Part shown: piece by piece, positions 19,099 to 28,474 of the stretch | Layout of the letters: every line of letters begins with the position of its first letter | Numbering within the stretch: position 1 is the first letter of the stretch | Source: Candidatus Zixiibacteriota bacterium | Lineage (GTDB): Bacteria > Zixibacteria > MSB-5A5 > GN15 > JAAZOE01 | Reading direction: 5' to 3' | Length of the DNA stretch: 64,000 nt | Assembly: GCA_036480375.1 (NCBI GenBank) | Contig: JAZGGI010000016.1 | Coordinates: forward strand, 156,806 to 220,805 | The notes under the pieces: model-generated | What the model saw: the letters and a program-made list of their open reading frames with translations, nothing else | Told to the model about the DNA's origin: nothing | Databases searched by the model: none | Program-made: the position numbers and the translations under genes

Positions 19099-21111
19099 TT
19101 ATTTATGATCTACTAAATATTTTGCTTTTTCAGCGATATGCTCGGCGGATAAACCAAATTCTTTTATCAACTGCCATGATTTGCCTGATTCGCCAAAGCG
19201 ATCGGTTACGCCCAGCATATCGAACAATACTTTTTTATCGGCCGACTTTGAATCGCAAAGGACGGTCGAGGCGATCCAGTTGCCCATACCTCCTCGTTGA
19301 TGCTCTTCGCAGGTTAAGATCGCACCGGTTTCCTCCGCGGCTCTGATAATGGCGGAACCGTCGAGAGGCTTAACGGTGTGCATATTGACGACGCGCGCTT
19401 CAATGTTAAAATCGTTTTTGAGAATCCACGCTGCCCGGCAGGCTTCAGCCGATTCCGGTCCGCAGGCAATCAAAGCAATATCTTCATTTTCATTTTTATA
19501 ATCTTCTGCCAGGTAAATATCGAAGGCGTCAATGAAGCGATCCTGCTCGCCGCGGAAACGATAAATATTGGCCTTGCCAAACTCAAACGGAGTTTTTTCG
19601 GTGCTAATAATCGGAGTGGCTTCACGAGCAAAACGTATATACTTGGGCCCAACGATATCAAATAGCATAGCTTTGGTCATTCGTTTGGTCTCCACCGAAT
19701 CACAAGGTACCCCTACATGCATATTCGGCAAACCGCACATTTGGAACAGGGCTTCAAGTTCCTGGTGCGTGGCGCCATCCGGACCGACCGACACGCCGCC
19801 GTGAGCACCGACGATAAGGACGTTGAAATCACCGTAACAGACTGATACGCGAACCTGATCCAGATTTCTCGCCGATGAGAATACTCCATAGGTTCCAAAG
19901 ACAGGGATTTTGCCTTCCTTAGCCAAACCGACCGCGATAGTCGTCGCGCCCTGCTCGGCGACGCCAACTGAGAACCAGCGATTGGCGCGTTCGGGATGTT
20001 TGGCAAAAAATTCTGAGATAGTTATCGAACCTGAAATATCGGCGCCGATGCAAACAACTCGTTCATCATCGCCATATTCGGACAAAGCCCGTCCCATTCC
20101 CTTACGGGTTGGGTCCATATCCACTTTCATGTTATCATTGTTATTCCACCAGTAATCTTTGGAAAACTTTGGCAATTGCGCCGACAAACGGATTTCTACT
20201 TCCTTTTGATAATCATTAGCGATTTTGAAGAACTTTTCTTTATCGAAGGTTTCCGTCAATCCCAGTTCTTCGAGAGCTTTGTCGAGCTCTTCGCGGTTAG
20301 GCGATTTACCATGCCATCCGACTACATTTTCCATAAAGCTGACGCCCTTACCCTTGATTGTGTTGGCCAAAATCAAAGTCGATTTGTTGCCGGTATTATT
20401 GTAAGCCTTTTCCAAAGCGGGTAGGATTTCTTCTATGGAGTGGCCGTCTACTTCAATCACATTCCAGCCAAAGGAGCGGTATTTATCGGCCAGCGGTTCC
20501 AAAGCCATAACATCTTCGGTGAAACCGTCAATCTGAAGTTGATTACGATCCAAAATCATAATCAGATTATTCAGTTTGAAATTGGAAGCCGCCATTGCCG
20601 CTTCCCACATGGAACCTTCCTGTTGCTCGCCATCGGATGAGATAACAAAGACGCGATAATCTTTTTTATCCAGTTTGGCGGCCAATGCGACGCCAACAGC
20701 GACGGAGAAACCCTGCCCCAGACTGCCTGAAGAAATCTCGACTCCCGGCAAATCTTTCCAATGCGGATGTCCCTGGAAAGGCGAGCCCAGAGCTCTCAAT
20801 TTGGCCAGTTGTTCTTCCTGAAAATATCCCGACATGGCCAGGGAAACGTAGAGTGAGGGAGCTTTATGGCCAGCCGACCAAATTACTCGATCACGGTCTT
20901 CCCAGAATGGATTTTGCGGATCGTGTTTGAGGACTTTTAAATACAATGTTGCCAGAATATCCATCATGGAAAGGGTGCCGCCGGAATGACCTGAACCGGC
21001 GCAACAAAGCGATATTAAATTTAATCCGCGCATGTAATTGGCGCGTTCTTTCAATTGCTCTATAGTCATTTCAGAATCTATACCAATTCGTTTTGTATTG
21101 GGCGTACTCAT
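19099..21111 (-). CDS. tkt: Transketolase (N- and C-terminal sections fused)
   Basis: 670 aa with GHSGGTLSMMD and the thiamine-diphosphate region SSDGEQQEGSMWEA. Confidence 0.85.
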   Translation of the reverse strand: MSTPNTKRIGIDSEMTIEQLKERANYMRGLNLISLCCAGSGHSGGTLSMMDILATLYLKVLKHDPQNPFWEDRDRVIWSAGHKAPSLYVSLAMSGYFQEEQLAKLRALGSPFQGHPHWKDLPGVEISSGSLGQGFSVAVGVALAAKLDKKDYRVFVISSDGEQQEGSMWEAAMAASNFKLNNLIMILDRNQLQIDGFTEDVMALEPLADKYRSFGWNVIEVDGHSIEEILPALEKAYNNTGNKSTLILANTIKGKGVSFMENVVGWHGKSPNREELDKALEELGLTETFDKEKFFKIANDYQKEVEIRLSAQLPKFSKDYWWNNNDNMKVDMDPTRKGMGRALSEYGDDERVVCIGADISGSITISEFFAKHPERANRWFSVGVAEQGATTIAVGLAKEGKIPVFGTYGVFSSARNLDQVRVSVCYGDFNVLIVGAHGGVSVGPDGATHQELEALFQMCGLPNMHVGVPCDSVETKRMTKAMLFDIVGPKYIRFAREATPIISTEKTPFEFGKANIYRFRGEQDRFIDAFDIYLAEDYKNENEDIALIACGPESAEACRAAWILKNDFNIEARVVNMHTVKPLDGSAIIRAAEETGAILTCEEHQRGGMGNWIASTVLCDSKSADKKVLFDMLGVTDRFGESGKSWQLIKEFGLSAEHIAEKAKYLVDHK

Positions 21112-21172
21112 TTTACCTCCTGAAGATAAGCTATATTCTTTCGGGCCAATCTGATAAAAACGGCGTTAGAAG

Positions 21173-21763
21173 TCAACCCTTTTCGGTCAGGTCGTGAAAA
21201 AAATCACGAGATTTTTTCCGGAGCGAATCGAGTCCATTATTATTGGTAATTATAAAATCTGAAGCCGACTTTAGATGGGAAATCGATAGTTGAGATTTAG
21301 AGCGTTGTTTGAATTCAAATTCTGAATAATCCCTCTTTAATAATCTCTTTTTTCTTAGGCTGGTTCTTGAGTCCACCAGCACAGTTTTATCCATTTTTTT
21401 ATAATATCCTGAACTAATAAGTAAGGCGGCATCGATAACAACATGCTTTTTATTTTTTTTGGCTTTAATTATTCCTTGATCGAGTTCGTTTATGACGTGG
21501 GGGTGCACTATGAAATTTAACACTTTGGTTTTTTCGGGTGATGGGAATATTAGTAGCCCAAGTTTTCGCCGGTTCAATTGATTGTTCTTATTCAATATTT
21601 CCGAACCGAATTCCAGCACCAGTTGATAGAGGACGCTTTGATTATTTTCGACCACTTCTTTGGCGATTTTATCGGCATCGAGTAATATCGCCCCTTCCCC
21701 TGCGAAAACCCGAGCGACTTCGGATTTCCCCGAGCCGAATAATCCGGTGACCCCAATAATCAT
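21173..21763 (-). CDS. coaE: Dephospho-CoA kinase
   Basis: 196 aa with an IIGVTGLFGSGKSEV P-loop, directly after polA. Confidence 0.85.
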   Translation of the reverse strand: MIIGVTGLFGSGKSEVARVFAGEGAILLDADKIAKEVVENNQSVLYQLVLEFGSEILNKNNQLNRRKLGLLIFPSPEKTKVLNFIVHPHVINELDQGIIKAKKNKKHVVIDAALLISSGYYKKMDKTVLVDSRTSLRKKRLLKRDYSEFEFKQRSKSQLSISHLKSASDFIITNNNGLDSLRKKSRDFFHDLTEKG

Positions 21764-24508
21764 TTATTTCGCCTCCAGCCAGTTGGGGCCAACTCCGATA
21801 TCGATCTCAAGGGGGACTTTTAGTTTTAAGGCTCCGCTCATATATTTTTGGACAATCATTTTCAATTCTTCGAGTTCATTATTAGGCGCGTCAAAAACCA
21901 GTTCGTCGTGAACCTGCAAAACCATTTTAGATTTCATTGATTTTATAGCTATGTCGATTTTTATCATCGCCAGTTTGATAATATCAGCGGCGGTACCCTG
22001 TATCGGAGTATTAATGGCCGTGCGCTCAGCGAATTGACGGATTTGAAAATTCTTGTTATTGATATCCGGCAAATACCTGCGGCGGCCAAGCAAGGTTGTT
22101 ACATATCCATTTTCCCGCGCGAAGTCGAGGGTCTTATTCATATAAGTTTTAATGCCAGGATAGCGCTCAAAATAAGTATCAATAAAATCTTTGGATTCGG
22201 TAAGATTTAGCTCGGTCTGCTGGGAAAGGCCATAGGCAGAAACTCCGTAAACGACAGCAAAATTGGCCGTTTTGGCGGCCCGCCTCTGCTCGCTATTAAC
22301 CTGCTCAATGGGGATACCATAAACTTCCGCGGCCGTTCGGGTATGAATATCTTCACCATTTTTAAAGGCATTTATTAGTCCCTTGTCGTCCGAATAATGG
22401 GCCAAAATACGGAGTTCGACCTGCGAATAGTCAGCTGCCAATAATGATGAATTTTTATCGTTCGGAATAAAGGCTTTTCTAATTTCACGACCGGTTTCAG
22501 TACGGATTGGTATATTCTGCAGGTTTGGATCGGAAGATGATAATCGGCCGGTCGCAGTTACTGCCTGATTGAACGAAGTATGAACTCTTCCCGTTTCCGG
22601 GTTGGCAAGCTCCGGGATGGCGTCAACGTAGGTCGATTTCAGTTTATTGTACTGCCGATATTCAAGAACCGCTTTGGGAAGCGGATGTAATTCCGAAAGC
22701 TCTTCAAGAACTCGGACATCGGTAGAATAGCCGGTTTTCTTGGCCGTTTTTCTACGGGCCGGGAGTTTTAATTCGTCGAATAAAAGGCGGGACAATTGCT
22801 GAGTGGAATTCAGGTTAAACTCATAACCGGCCATTTCAAAAATGGCACCCGCGATTTTGTCAATTTCCTCCTGCATTTCGCTCGAAAGAGATTGTAGAAA
22901 ATCCAGATCGATTTTTATTCCGGTCATTTCCATGCGAGACAATACAGAGATAAGAGGAAGTTCTATATCATAATACAGGTGATGGAGCTTCAATTCATCT
23001 ATTTTCGGAGCGAAAATACCGCGCAAGCGAAAAGTATAGTCGGCGTCTTCACCCGAATATTGTGCCGCTGTTTGAGGATCAACTGTTGCGAAGGATTTCT
23101 GTTTTTTTCCGCTGCCAATTAAATCCGTAATCGGAGTCATGCGGAAATTGAAATGCTCAAACGCAAGGCTGTCCAGATTATGTCCCCTCGCCGAGGGATT
23201 TATTATATATGAAGCCATCATGGAATCGAACGATACGGGTGACACCGTAATGCCGTGTCGGGTCATTACTTGTATGTCATACTTAAAGTTGTGCGCTATC
23301 TTCTGAGTTTTTTTATCTGATAGTAAAGGCTTGAGAATTTTGATTACGTCAGACAACGTCAGATTTTTTTCGGATTGTTCGGTGTGACCGACCGGAATGT
23401 AATATGCCTCCCCTGCCTTATCTGACAGGGATATCCCAACTAAGTTAGCTTCAAGCGAATTGATTGAATCGGTTTCGGTATCGAAGGCAATCTCTTTTTT
23501 GGCAGATAATTTTGCTACGATTTTTTTTAACTCGGATAATGATTCAACAAGTTTGTATGAAGATTTGGCCTTTTTCTGCGCAACGGGTTTGGCAATAGAT
23601 TCTCCCGTTATCTCCTTCAGAAGATTAAAAAATTCTAACTCAACAAAGAGTTCTTTGCATTTTTCAACATCTGGTTCCTGCCGGGTTAATTCGCCTATTT
23701 TAATATCAATGGGAACATTCTGGTCAATAGTAACAAGCTCCAGAGAAAGTAAAGCCTTTTCTTTATTGTTGAGTACTTTATTTCGAATTCCATTGGCTTT
23801 GATCTCTTCAGCTTTGTCCAGTATGTTTTGAAGGTTTCCAAATTGTTCCATCAGGTTCAAGGCTGTTTTGGGACCTACTCCGGGGATTCCGGGGATATTA
23901 TCAGAACTGTCGCCAGTTAGAGCCATGAATTCAATCACTTTGTCGGGATAAACACCGATCTTATCTTTGACCGCTTCTTTATCCATTCTGAAGGGCGGTA
24001 ATGAGCCCTTCTGGGGGATATACATGTGAATCTTGTCGTTGATCAATTGGAACATATCCTTGTCACTGGAAACGAGATGAACGGATAAGCCCTCTTGAGC
24101 GCCCTGCCTGGCCAGGGTAGCCATGATATCGTCGGCCTCATATCCTTCCAATGAAATTTGCTCTATACTCAGGGCTTCGATGGCCTGAAAAATTCTTGGG
24201 AGTTGAGTGGCCATGTCATCGGGCATTTTTGGGCGGGTGGCCTTATATTCATCATACAATTTATGGCGAAAAGTCGGTTCCCTGGTATCGAATACGACCG
24301 CCAGGAAATCCGGCTTTTCCTTATTTAAGACTTTAATAATCGAATTTACCACCCCAAAGGCGGCCGAAGTATTTTCTCCTTTGGAATTGATTAACGGATT
24401 TCTGACGAAGGCGTAGTATGCTCGGTAAGCCAGAGCCGACCCATCAAATAAAAATAGTTTTTTGGATTGGGAGGCGACTTTCTCAGTCGGCATAAAGACT
24501 CCGCTCAT
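21764..24508 (-). CDS. polA: DNA polymerase I (5-prime nuclease, 3-5 exonuclease and polymerase domains)
   Basis: 914 aa with FDTETDS (Exo I), DYSQVELR, RRAAKTANFAVVYG and QVHDELV. Confidence 0.95.
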   Translation of the reverse strand: MSGVFMPTEKVASQSKKLFLFDGSALAYRAYYAFVRNPLINSKGENTSAAFGVVNSIIKVLNKEKPDFLAVVFDTREPTFRHKLYDEYKATRPKMPDDMATQLPRIFQAIEALSIEQISLEGYEADDIMATLARQGAQEGLSVHLVSSDKDMFQLINDKIHMYIPQKGSLPPFRMDKEAVKDKIGVYPDKVIEFMALTGDSSDNIPGIPGVGPKTALNLMEQFGNLQNILDKAEEIKANGIRNKVLNNKEKALLSLELVTIDQNVPIDIKIGELTRQEPDVEKCKELFVELEFFNLLKEITGESIAKPVAQKKAKSSYKLVESLSELKKIVAKLSAKKEIAFDTETDSINSLEANLVGISLSDKAGEAYYIPVGHTEQSEKNLTLSDVIKILKPLLSDKKTQKIAHNFKYDIQVMTRHGITVSPVSFDSMMASYIINPSARGHNLDSLAFEHFNFRMTPITDLIGSGKKQKSFATVDPQTAAQYSGEDADYTFRLRGIFAPKIDELKLHHLYYDIELPLISVLSRMEMTGIKIDLDFLQSLSSEMQEEIDKIAGAIFEMAGYEFNLNSTQQLSRLLFDELKLPARRKTAKKTGYSTDVRVLEELSELHPLPKAVLEYRQYNKLKSTYVDAIPELANPETGRVHTSFNQAVTATGRLSSSDPNLQNIPIRTETGREIRKAFIPNDKNSSLLAADYSQVELRILAHYSDDKGLINAFKNGEDIHTRTAAEVYGIPIEQVNSEQRRAAKTANFAVVYGVSAYGLSQQTELNLTESKDFIDTYFERYPGIKTYMNKTLDFARENGYVTTLLGRRRYLPDINNKNFQIRQFAERTAINTPIQGTAADIIKLAMIKIDIAIKSMKSKMVLQVHDELVFDAPNNELEELKMIVQKYMSGALKLKVPLEIDIGVGPNWLEAK

Positions 24509-25097
24509 ATATATAATTTTCGATTTGAGGCGGGACGAGGTACTTAATGGAAATCTTTGATTTTATCATTTGTCTTAAGTCCCGGGATGCAATTTTTAAC
24601 TGGGGAATATTTATAATTTCCGCTCCTTTTAGAAGTCCGTCGGGCCGAGGCGTAGGTTCAAATCCCGGACGAACCGCAATAACAATACGGACGCGCTGCT
24701 CGATCTGGCTGCTTTTATACCATTGATGAAATTCACCTATGATATCAGAGCCAATCGGAAGAAAAAAACGGGCTGAGGGATATTTGCTTTGCAAATAATC
24801 AATCAAATCAATGGTATAAGGCGAGGTTTTTGGCGGATGCTCAATCACAAATTTATCATTATCGGTAATTGCCAGAGAAACCATTTTTAGCCGGTCATCA
24901 AAAGAAGAAGCCAGATCGCAATCATTCTTCAACGGATGATCAATAGACGGAATAAATAGCATTCCACTGGCTTCAAGAGATTGCATCAGGGAATTGGCCA
25001 TAGCAAGGTGGCCGAAATGAATGGGATTGAAGGCGCCTCCCATTATTCCCCAGAGGCCACCTTCGGACGGATTAATTAGTTTCTGTTGATTTGGCAA
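24483..25097 (-). CDS. nadD: Nicotinate-nucleotide adenylyltransferase
   Basis: 204 aa with a GGAFNPIHFGH motif. Confidence 0.85.
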   Translation of the reverse strand: MPNQQKLINPSEGGLWGIMGGAFNPIHFGHLAMANSLMQSLEASGMLFIPSIDHPLKNDCDLASSFDDRLKMVSLAITDNDKFVIEHPPKTSPYTIDLIDYLQSKYPSARFFLPIGSDIIGEFHQWYKSSQIEQRVRIVIAVRPGFEPTPRPDGLLKGAEIINIPQLKIASRDLRQMIKSKISIKYLVPPQIENYIYERSLYAD

Positions 25098-25866
25098 TTT
25101 TCTCTTCTGCTTCGGCCAGTTTTTTCTGAGCCTTTTGGGTTAGCTCATGTTCCGGGTAAACAACCAGGAAATTATTAAATTTTTCCTTCGCATCGGAGTA
25201 GTTTTTTCTCTTTAATTCGATTTCCGCCAGATAATATAATGACTGAGCGCCCCAGTTACTATCGGTATGCTCGTCTATGACTGATTGAAAATATATCCCG
25301 GCCGATTTGTAATACCCCAGCCTAAAATACATGCGTCCGTTTTGATAACGCTTTTTGGCCAAACGATCCATACCAACTTTAATAGTTTCCCGAGCATCGT
25401 CAACCAACTCTGATTCCGGATAATCGGTAACGAAATCATTAAGAGCTTCCAAAGCGCGCGTTAATTCATCCTGATCCAGACCTGAGTTTTTGGGAGATGA
25501 TTTAAAATAGCATAAGCCGGCCATATATTGACTATCATCCACAAAATCAGATCCGGGATAATTATTGACAACTCGCTCAAATTCAGCGGCCGCCAAATAA
25601 TATTCTTTATCGAGATAATATGACATGGCCAGATAATACTGCGCCGAATCGACCATCGGTGAGCCGCTAAAACTATAAACTACTTTTTGGAAGCCATCAA
25701 TGGCTTTTACATAGTGTTTCTTCTGAAACTCTTTATAGGCTTCACGGTATTGTTCTTCGGCGGTGGCATAATTTTTCATAGTGATTCCGCCGCATCCGGC
25801 CAGAACAATTGATACAAGAAGGGTGACGATTGAATAAATAATGAGTTCGTGGTTAAGTCTACACAT
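25072..25866 (-). CDS. bamD: Outer membrane protein assembly factor BamD (TPR lipoprotein)
   Basis: 264 aa with the lipobox LAGC and YfiO-like TPR repeats. Confidence 0.75.
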   Translation of the reverse strand: MCRLNHELIIYSIVTLLVSIVLAGCGGITMKNYATAEEQYREAYKEFQKKHYVKAIDGFQKVVYSFSGSPMVDSAQYYLAMSYYLDKEYYLAAAEFERVVNNYPGSDFVDDSQYMAGLCYFKSSPKNSGLDQDELTRALEALNDFVTDYPESELVDDARETIKVGMDRLAKKRYQNGRMYFRLGYYKSAGIYFQSVIDEHTDSNWGAQSLYYLAEIELKRKNYSDAKEKFNNFLVVYPEHELTQKAQKKLAEAEEKIAKSTETN

Positions 25867-26512
25867 CGTATTTTTCTTTCAATATGCTGTAGTTTTCCCA
25901 AATTTTCTGAAAATACTGCCTGGGAAGCGGTTTATTTTTTCTTAACCGGCCTCGCAAACGAGTTTCTCCAAGATTATATGATATTATAGCCTTTTTGACA
26001 TCTTTAAATTTCAATATTTGTTCGAAAAGATGCAGCGTTCCCAGCTGAATATTCAAAGCCGGGTCAAAAAGTTGCTCATGGCCTTCCCAATCAATACCGC
26101 TGCGCATGGCCAAATCGGCTCCGGTCGCGGGCATTAGCTGCATGATGCCTCGCGCGCCAACCCGGGAAACCTGCCCCTTTTTAAATGTTGATTCTGTCAT
26201 GATAACGGCCATTATCAGGAGCGGATCGTAATTGTATTTTTGGCTTTCCTTGAATATGACATTTGCCAGCTCCGTTTTTTCGTTATCATTAAAGCCGATC
26301 TGAAAATCCTCAATAATTTGGAAAATCCTGAGTTTTTCTTCCATTTCGCTAAGGCGATTGCGTTGGAAATCTATTATTTTATGCAGCTCGTATTTATCTT
26401 TCACAAGGAAAATCAGAAGCGTTGATTGCAAAAGATAGATTAAGACCAGAAGAAGAGCGATTGGTTTGGATAAAAATATACCGGTCTTTTCAAGGCTCAC
26501 TCCGGAACTCAT
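25859..26512 (-). CDS. Membrane-anchored lytic transglycosylase (SLT domain)
   Basis: 217 aa with MTESTF and GARGIMQLMPATG. Confidence 0.8.
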   Translation of the reverse strand: MSSGVSLEKTGIFLSKPIALLLVLIYLLQSTLLIFLVKDKYELHKIIDFQRNRLSEMEEKLRIFQIIEDFQIGFNDNEKTELANVIFKESQKYNYDPLLIMAVIMTESTFKKGQVSRVGARGIMQLMPATGADLAMRSGIDWEGHEQLFDPALNIQLGTLHLFEQILKFKDVKKAIISYNLGETRLRGRLRKNKPLPRQYFQKIWENYSILKEKYDV

Positions 26513-26514
26513 AG

Positions 26515-27834
26515 TTACTCCCTTGTTCCAAGTAAATCATATCCATCATACCCGTTTATATTTATCGGTATAAATTCGCCCGGCCTCAAATCGGTAAATC
26601 CCAGTTTTACTTCCCGGTCAATTTCCGGCGCATCAAGCCTTGTACGGGCCATTGAATATCCCTCTTCAATATTAACCCTGTCAACTATTACCTCAAACCG
26701 CTCGCCCACGTCTTTTTCATTGAGGGTAAACGCGATCTCACGCTGAATTTCCATCAGACGATGATATCTCTTTTCCCTGATTATGCGCTTAACCTGCTCC
26801 GGCATATTAGCCGCTTTCGTGTTTTCTTCCCGAGAATACACAAAGGCTCCCAATCGATCAAATTCAATCTCTTCAACAAATGAGCACAATTCCTTAAACT
26901 GCATTCCCGTTTCGCCCGGAAAGCCGACTATAAAATTCGTTCGAATGGCGCTTCTCGCGCTTTTTCCTCGTATCTCGCCTATCAATTTTTCTATCGCACT
27001 CCGTGTCGTTTTTCTGCCCATTGCCTGAAGAATTTCATCGTTACAATGCTGCAGAGGTAGATCAAAGTAATTACATATTCTCGGATTGTCAATCATATAG
27101 TCGATAAGTTCGCTCGTCAATCGTCCAGGGTGCAAGTACATAATTCTAATCCAAAATTCACCGTTCAGGGCCGATAGTCTGTCCAGCAACGCAATCAGGC
27201 TCTGTTTGCCGTACAAATCCAATCCATAGGCGGTGGATTCCTGAGAAACAAGGATTATCTCTTTTTTGCTATGGTCAAGAAGATATCGGGCTTCATCGAG
27301 AATATTTTCCATTTGCCGACTTCGAAAACGTCCCCTGATATCTGGTATGCTGCAATAGGCGCACCTATTATCGCACCCATCGGAAATTTTTAGATAGGCG
27401 AAAACCTGATTAGCATCCAATTCGCGTTCAATATCAAATTCCCGGTACTTGCGGAGATTATTTTCACTAACCGCAATCTTCGCATCCTTGCTTTCCAGTA
27501 TATCTTGTATTTGGATGATATTATCAAGTCCTAAAATACCGTCGATTTCGGGAATATCTCCAGCCAAATCATTGGCATATCTCTGCGCCAAACACCCGGT
27601 TACTATTACACGCGATTTTTCATTTTTTCTTTTTATCTTGAGCGATTTCATGATCGCGTCAATTGATTCTTCTTTGGCATCCTGAATAAATCCACAGGTA
27701 TTGACGATCAACAACTCGGCATCATCGGCCGTGTCCGTCTTTTGATAGCCAAGATTTCTCAGGTAGCCTGAAATACATTCGGCATCGACGTCATTTTTGG
27801 GACATCCTAATTTGTGGATATAATAGCGTTTCAT
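26515..27834 (-). CDS. rimO: Ribosomal protein S12 methylthiotransferase (radical SAM)
   Basis: 439 aa with an N-terminal GCPKN/NTCGF/TGC cysteine triad, CDNRCAYC and a TRAM-like C-terminus. Confidence 0.8.
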   Translation of the reverse strand: MKRYYIHKLGCPKNDVDAECISGYLRNLGYQKTDTADDAELLIVNTCGFIQDAKEESIDAIMKSLKIKRKNEKSRVIVTGCLAQRYANDLAGDIPEIDGILGLDNIIQIQDILESKDAKIAVSENNLRKYREFDIERELDANQVFAYLKISDGCDNRCAYCSIPDIRGRFRSRQMENILDEARYLLDHSKKEIILVSQESTAYGLDLYGKQSLIALLDRLSALNGEFWIRIMYLHPGRLTSELIDYMIDNPRICNYFDLPLQHCNDEILQAMGRKTTRSAIEKLIGEIRGKSARSAIRTNFIVGFPGETGMQFKELCSFVEEIEFDRLGAFVYSREENTKAANMPEQVKRIIREKRYHRLMEIQREIAFTLNEKDVGERFEVIVDRVNIEEGYSMARTRLDAPEIDREVKLGFTDLRPGEFIPININGYDGYDLLGTRE

Positions 27835-28448
27835 GGCATTTCGATAACTTCTATGCCGGTCGGAGGGATAAATTGAAAAACCGAATCAGAAAGATTTGAT
27901 ATAAATCTAAAGTCATTTATATAAATTTCTATGCGAGAATCATTTTCATCCATATAGAAAATTCCGAGGGGGATAAAATCTTCAAGCCTGATTTTGAGTT
28001 GAAATTCGTTCGGCGCTATCAAGCTATCGTGAGCAATCATTGATACTTTGGTAAAAGTTTTATCGTTCTTTTCCGAGGTACACTTATAATAATGGCGGGG
28101 ATTGAAAAAGAGCATAATCGGATTCCAGATTTCATTACGGGTAATTGAATCGATTATGACCTGCTCGTTATCTATCGTGTAATTCCATAATACTGTTCCG
28201 TTGGAAACCAAAATCTGATTGGGTGTTATCATGTGAAAACGGCCATCGGAGCAGGCTTTGATAGTACCGAATAAAGTATCAACACTTTTGAAAATATCAG
28301 AATGAATCAACTGCGAAAAATCCATAGAATAAAATTCGTTTGACTGATACTTATCCATAGCCTTTTCAAACAACGGGCATTCGGCACAGGTTAAGGCATG
28401 AAGCATCACAACTATTAGTATTACCGTGTTTGGAATTTGCCGTATCAT
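27831..28448 (-). CDS. LolA-like outer-membrane lipoprotein carrier family protein
   Basis: 205 aa with a signal peptide and a beta-rich sequence. The conserved ftsK-lolA adjacency supports the call. Confidence 0.55.
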   Translation of the reverse strand: MIRQIPNTVILIVVMLHALTCAECPLFEKAMDKYQSNEFYSMDFSQLIHSDIFKSVDTLFGTIKACSDGRFHMITPNQILVSNGTVLWNYTIDNEQVIIDSITRNEIWNPIMLFFNPRHYYKCTSEKNDKTFTKVSMIAHDSLIAPNEFQLKIRLEDFIPLGIFYMDENDSRIEIYINDFRFISNLSDSVFQFIPPTGIEVIEMP

Positions 28449-28474
28449 AAAATCTTATACAATGAAAATACGAA